Positions 60,785 to 64,000 of a DNA stretch of 64,000 bases are shown one piece after another. The translations under genes were made by a program, and so were the position numbers. This DNA comes from Hormiphora californensis (taxonomy: Eukaryota > Animalia > Ctenophora): NCBI GenBank assembly GCA_020137815.1, contig CM035351.1, positions 3,658,001 to 3,722,000 on the forward strand, in the 5' to 3' direction. The notes below the pieces were generated by a model. That model had not been told where the DNA came from, searched no databases, and saw only the letters and a list, made by a program, of their open reading frames with translations. How positions within the stretch are numbered: the first letter of the stretch is position 1; each line of letters begins with the position of its first letter.

Positions 60785-60827
60785 CTCAAATTAATTTGTT
60801 TAAAGTAGTGTTGAAAAGTTTGAAACT
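60785..60827 (-). other. Genomic copy of a ctenophore-type spliced-leader exon fused to the LINE 5' UTR
   Basis: Minus strand reads AGTTTCAAACTTTTCAACACTACTTTAAACAAATTAATTTGAG, matching my recollection of the Pleurobrachia/Hormiphora SL (unverified). It is followed by ATAG, not a GT donor. Confidence 0.72.
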
Positions 60828-61051
60828 TTAAAGAGCACGTGAGGCGAGCCATCTACGCGAGGAAAACACCGTTTTAGGCTCCAGTTACAGATTGGGACCT
60901 GACATCAGGGTTCACCTCCTATAATTTCAGATTCTAGTCTGTAACTGCGGCGTAAATCTGTTTTGATCAATCGCAGGTCAACAAACCTCAGGCCCCACTT
61001 TTATTGCGGACGATCAAAGATCGAGAAACAGCGATGTCAGAACAAAAACAA

Positions 61052-61274
61052 GGGCGCCGTTACGATCTGGGTGTTTGGTGCCCTGTTTACAGATAGGCAT
61101 TGCCAAAAAATTGATTCACTAAAATGGCTCTAATCGCTAAACCACTCAACCGTTTTGGCTAATTCAAAGTTTATCTGGTAGGAAATGTCAAGGCTTAACC
61201 CCAACCCTACTGTAACCCTAACCCTGAAAACCGTTTGTCAGAACTCACGAAACACCCAGATTTTAACGCTGCCC
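61052..61274 (+). mobile_element. Dispersed MITE with CCCTAA repeats, copy 2
   Basis: Imperfect 25-bp TIRs GGGCGCCGTTACGATCTGGGTGTTT / AAACACCCAGATTTTAACGCTGCCC. Confidence 0.8.
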
Positions 61275-61758
61275 AAAAGTTTTGGGCCAAAACACACGTG
61301 CGAAAATCTGAAAGAAAAAGGTGAAAAAAAAGTTTTCTGAATTGCACTTCAAACGCGCATTCTTTGTATTTAACGCGCATCAAAAACGATACGTGGCGCG
61401 GATTGTATTTGCGCGTTTCTGTGCTAGTCATTGCTTGCGCGCTTCGTTTTATTCACAGGGGAATCTTCGCGCGTTCCTGACATTAACCAAACGATTACCA
61501 GCGTTGTAAAACTAAAAAAGAGGCAGACATTTACTTGCTGATGGGGCGTCTAAGAATTATTCGAAGATGGTTATTACTTAAACCGTTTTTCTACTTCAGT
61601 TAACATCAAATTGAATCAGCATAGATTATCAAATTTTCAAGTCAATGTCACTGTTTTAATTCATATATTCATACACTCAATTAGAGAAAACTGGAGGCTG
61701 TCCTTGCTTCGTCTTTTACTTCGTATGTGGTCGATCTTAGATGTAGGAGAAGTGTCCA

Positions 61759-62827
61759 TCACCTTTCGTCCGTTTCTTCAACATCCGATGCATCGTAAAT
61801 GACAACTTTTGGTATGGGTGCCTGAGGGAGAACCTGTATAGTCAATACTGAACTAATTGAGGGTATACGCTGATTAATTGGATTGTTGGGAAATTGGAGA
61901 GCAGTGCATGGTGTATATTGATCGAGTTTGTCATTGGAAAGCCGTGGTTCCCAGCAATCACTCTGTCCGACCTGTCTCATTTTCTCACGGCTCACAACCA
62001 GCCAGTGTTCCTCATAATAATACACATCCACATGATCATATACCCCTACATATAATATGACTCTCCATCCCTCTCTTTCTCCCTGCCTCTATTTCCCTCT
62101 CTATAGATTAATTCCCTGTGATTGTTAGATAGTAGGAGACACAAAGAATATGATCGAGAAAATGATATTGCTTTCTGATAGTCCCCTACACACACGCAGT
62201 ACGCACGCATCTACACTATGTTGAACTATCTGATACTAAAGAGACAAATTCAGAGTCCACTGGTCTTACTCAACAATTCCTAGAATTGAAGGATATATCG
62301 TTTTCTGTCAATTCTAAGCTAGACACGCTCAGACAATGTCTCCTGTACAGCATAAAAAACTCTCATTTTTCAAGTTGATTACCCTTATTCAACAAATTTT
62401 ACCGACAATCATACAGACTATTCTTAGTTCTCACACTGAAGATTGGGAGGGGTGACATTAGCCAACACTGTTAGTTGTGCAGTAGATGGTTTGCAGTTGG
62501 GAGCTGCAGTAGTGGATCTTGCGTGTTCCGGAGGATTTTCAGAAAAAAATTACCTATTTTAAATGTCTAACCCAACCCCGGAACACGCGAGATCCACTGC
62601 AGCTACCAACTGCAGACCATATTCATCCAACGCGAACGGTGCCGCCAGCCCATTTGGATTGGCACAACAAAAGCAAAATGAGTAGTGAGTAGATAGAGTG
62701 AAAGACAACCTTAAACAAATCATTCTCCCCTCATTACCTTTTTCTGAGGTCCATCCTTGGTCTCTCCTAGTCCATGATTGTTGTTGTGTGAGCCCCCGTT
62801 CACACGGCGACTCTGAACACATCCCAT
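61759..62827 (-). CDS. Putative 54-aa N-acylated microprotein (exons 62827-62738, 61833-61759)
   Basis: MGCVQSRRVNGGSHNNNHGLGETKDGPQKK|VLPQAPIPKVVIYDASDVEETDER*; phase-0 GT-AG intron; acceptor CTCTCTTCTAG 2 nt before the ATG. Confidence 0.5.
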
Positions 62828-64000
62828 AGCTAGAAGAGAGTTGAAATGGTCAGAGAGGGAGAGATGTAGTGGGAGGAGGGAGGGGGTATAAGAGATGGAT
62901 TGATTGACACTTTAGGACTCAGACAAAGAGGGGGACACATATTCATGAGTACTCGAGGCAGAGGCAAGATAATGATTATATATAAATATTACGCCTGAGA
63001 TGGTAAAAGAGTGAGAGATTAGCGAGAGTGAGAGAGATAAGAATGTGTGGACTGGTCCGGGAGTTCGTACTGTTATTTGATCTCGGTGCTGCAATGCTTG
63101 ACAGTGTGAGAGAAGAAGAGAGAGAGGGAGGGAGTTCGTAAATGCTTATCTTCTAACGTTTTTAAGTGTGACGAAACATGGAGTAAGGAGTTCTAAGTGC
63201 AGCAGTGTTATAAGTTTTCATGTATCACTGCTAGCAGTATAATGAAACTTATACACTGCCAGCAGTATACATGAAACTTAACACGCGCAGTGTTATAAGT
63301 TGTACAAGCATGCTACTAAGAATTATTATATCTCAAATTTTACATGTCTCCTGTACAGCATAAAAACTCTCATTTTTCAAGTTGATTACCCTTATTCAAC
63401 AAATTTTACCGACAATCATACAGACTATTCTTAGTTCTCACACTGAAGATTGGGAGGGGTGACATTAGCCAACACTGTTAGTTGTGCAGTAGATGGTTTG
63501 CAGTTGGGAGCTGCAGTAGTGGATCTTGCGTGTTCCGGAGGATTTTCAGAAAAAAATTACCTATTTTAAATGTCTAACCCAACCCCGGAACACGCGAGAT
63601 CCACTGCAGCTACCAACTGCAGACCATATTCATCCAACGCGAACGGTGCCGCCAGCCCATTTGGATTGGCACAACAAAAGCAAAATGAGTAGTGAGTAGA
63701 TAGAGTGAAAGACAACCTTAAACAAATCATTCTCCCCTCATTACCTTTTTCTGAGGTCCATCCTTGGTCTCTCCTAGTCCATGATTGTTGTTGTGTGAGC
63801 CCCCGTTCACACGGCGACTCTGAACACATCCCATAGCTAGAAGAGAGTTGAAATGGTCAGAGAGGGAGAGATGTAGTGGGAGGGAGGGAGAGGGGGGTAT
63901 AAGAGATGGTTATTGTTATTTTGCACACTTCTGTGAAACTCAGACAAAAGAGGGGGACACATATTCATCGAGTTCTCGAGCGCAGAGGGCAAGATAATGT
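62336..64000. repeat. Direct duplication of about 640 bp (62336-62975 and 63344-64000), containing a short inverted-repeat element and the MGC exon
   Basis: Near-identical copies offset by about 1007 bp; similarity degrades at the window end. Confidence 0.85.

Larger units (their letters stand above)
53036..60827 (-). mobile_element. Full-length two-ORF L2/CR1-group LINE with long 3' UTR and an SL-like 5' end
   Basis: Intact ORF1 and ORF2; probable tail (ATATTC)n at about 53036-53055 with an upstream hairpin; candidate TSD TTTAAGGAG (53027-53035) / TTTAAAGAG (60827-60835). The 3' boundary is inferred. Confidence 0.8.

Noticed and set aside
60785-60827. SL RNA gene
   Set aside because: No GT donor or SL intron follows the exon-like sequence.
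63344-64000. Tandem duplication as a definite biological event
   Set aside because: It sits at the window edge with rising indel noise and may be an assembly overlap; kept only as a repeat feature.

Overview
Compact, intron-rich animal genomic DNA, most likely a cydippid ctenophore (Pleurobrachia/Hormiphora-like). That call rests on a 43-nt stretch matching my recollection of the ctenophore spliced leader (SL), which I cannot verify here. Conserved host genes: SMARCC (5'-partial), STRAP, an AEBP2/jing-like C2H2 gene (minus strand, assembled by hand), DCAF12, BRE1/RNF20-40, PSMA2, a divergent TSPO and a Rab8/10. Less usual genes: an intronless bacterial-type carotenoid cleavage oxygenase, three tandem secreted 18-Cys proteins and two spliced microproteins absent from the ORF track. 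Introns and spacers hold many non-autonomous DNA transposons (Tc1/mariner-, Kolobok-, Chapaev- and Helentron-like, several nested or foldback), two L2/CR1-group LINEs and mini/microsatellites. The strongest candidate for a new system is the full-length LINE at about 53036-60827 (minus). Its 5' end is an apparent SL exon, and its AUG-less ORF2 lies in the -1 frame across a correctly phased A_AAA_AAC slippery heptamer directly before the ORF1 stop.
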